A DNA stretch of 64,000 bases from Candidatus Aminicenantes bacterium. Lineage in GTDB: Bacteria; Acidobacteriota; Aminicenantia; Aminicenantales; Aminicenantaceae. The stretch lies in assembly GCA_046483285.1 (NCBI GenBank), contig JAWODN010000121.1, positions 5,899 to 69,898 on the forward strand, in the 5' to 3' direction. Both the position numbers and the translations under genes were made by a program. The notes beneath the pieces are model-generated. The model worked only from the letters and a program-made list of their open reading frames with translations, was not told the origin of the DNA and searched no databases. Shown one piece after another: positions 63,727 through 64,000 of this stretch; the stretch's first letter is position 1, and each line of letters starts with the position of its first letter.

Positions 63727-64000
63727 GGTTTGTCCCCTCACTGTTTGATTGCCTGGAAATGGAGACGGCATGTCTTCCCGCGGCCCCAGAAGATAAAAAA
63801 GAAAAGGCCCGCTGGAGATACGCGGGCCCTGGTGTTCTGTTTAAATAAGGAAAACTTATAATTTTTCACGCAGCAAGCGAAGAGGTATGGGGCCGTGACT
63901 CAATACGTCCATCAGGAATTCCTTGCGGTCAAAAGCCTCTCCTTTTTCTGCTTTGTAATCTTCTTCCATTGTCCGAAGTTCTTGAATTCCCACATAGGTG

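Noticed and set aside
63857-64000. Minus-strand open frame running to the window edge (C-terminus ...EDYKAEKGEAFDRKEFLMDVLSHGPIPLRLLREKL)
   Set aside because: Only 47 codons visible with no recognisable family. Likely the 3' end of a gene beyond the window but cannot be named.

Overview
This 64 kb window is a densely coded chromosomal region from a Gram-negative bacterium, with about 52% GC. Gene content suggests a delta-proteobacterial / Desulfobacterota- or Myxococcota-like origin, but that assignment is a guess. The window holds three main things. (1) A near-complete type IVa pilus machinery split into two blocks. The first is a translationally coupled pilC-pilB-pilM-pilN-pilO-pilP-pilQ operon at 1969-9526; its secretin carries an N-terminal lipoprotein/TPR module and a C-terminal cohesin-like module. 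The second is a minor-pilin block (GspH/FimT-like, pilV, pilW, pilX) followed by a 1207-aa PilY1-like adhesin with integrin-like FG-GAP repeats, then on the other strand prepilin peptidase PilD preceded by an ABC transporter reminiscent of Myxococcus PilGHI. No major pilin or PilT is present in the window. (2) A minus-strand operon at 40678-47115. It encodes a 1035-aa three-domain protein (APH-type kinase + intact M23 peptidase motifs + class-III aminotransferase-fold domain), an alpha-oxoamine synthase (serine palmitoyltransferase/KBL family), a lipoprotein SAM methyltransferase and a classical SDR. This is a candidate amino-alcohol or sphingoid-type metabolite pathway. (3) Housekeeping genes: tilS next to a tRNA with a CAU anticodon, asnB, system II cytochrome c biogenesis resB/ccsA, rpsU, lipA, ogt, lptB-like, trpS, an alr-GNAT fusion, rpoD, an otsA-otsB fusion, rpoZ, a polyprenyl synthase, tatD and tRNA-Val. 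Almost every intergenic gap is filled by copies of one modular, hairpin-rich repeat family, in both orientations and in different module combinations. It includes 9-bp tandem repeats and a 155-bp unit repeated about 3.4 times in tandem next to the tRNA. Many ORF-track entries inside these repeats are artefacts. I revised several gene starts (pilN, the TPR-like protein, DUF378, DUF454, tatD), and the alanine racemase has a conserved N-terminus with no canonical start codon.
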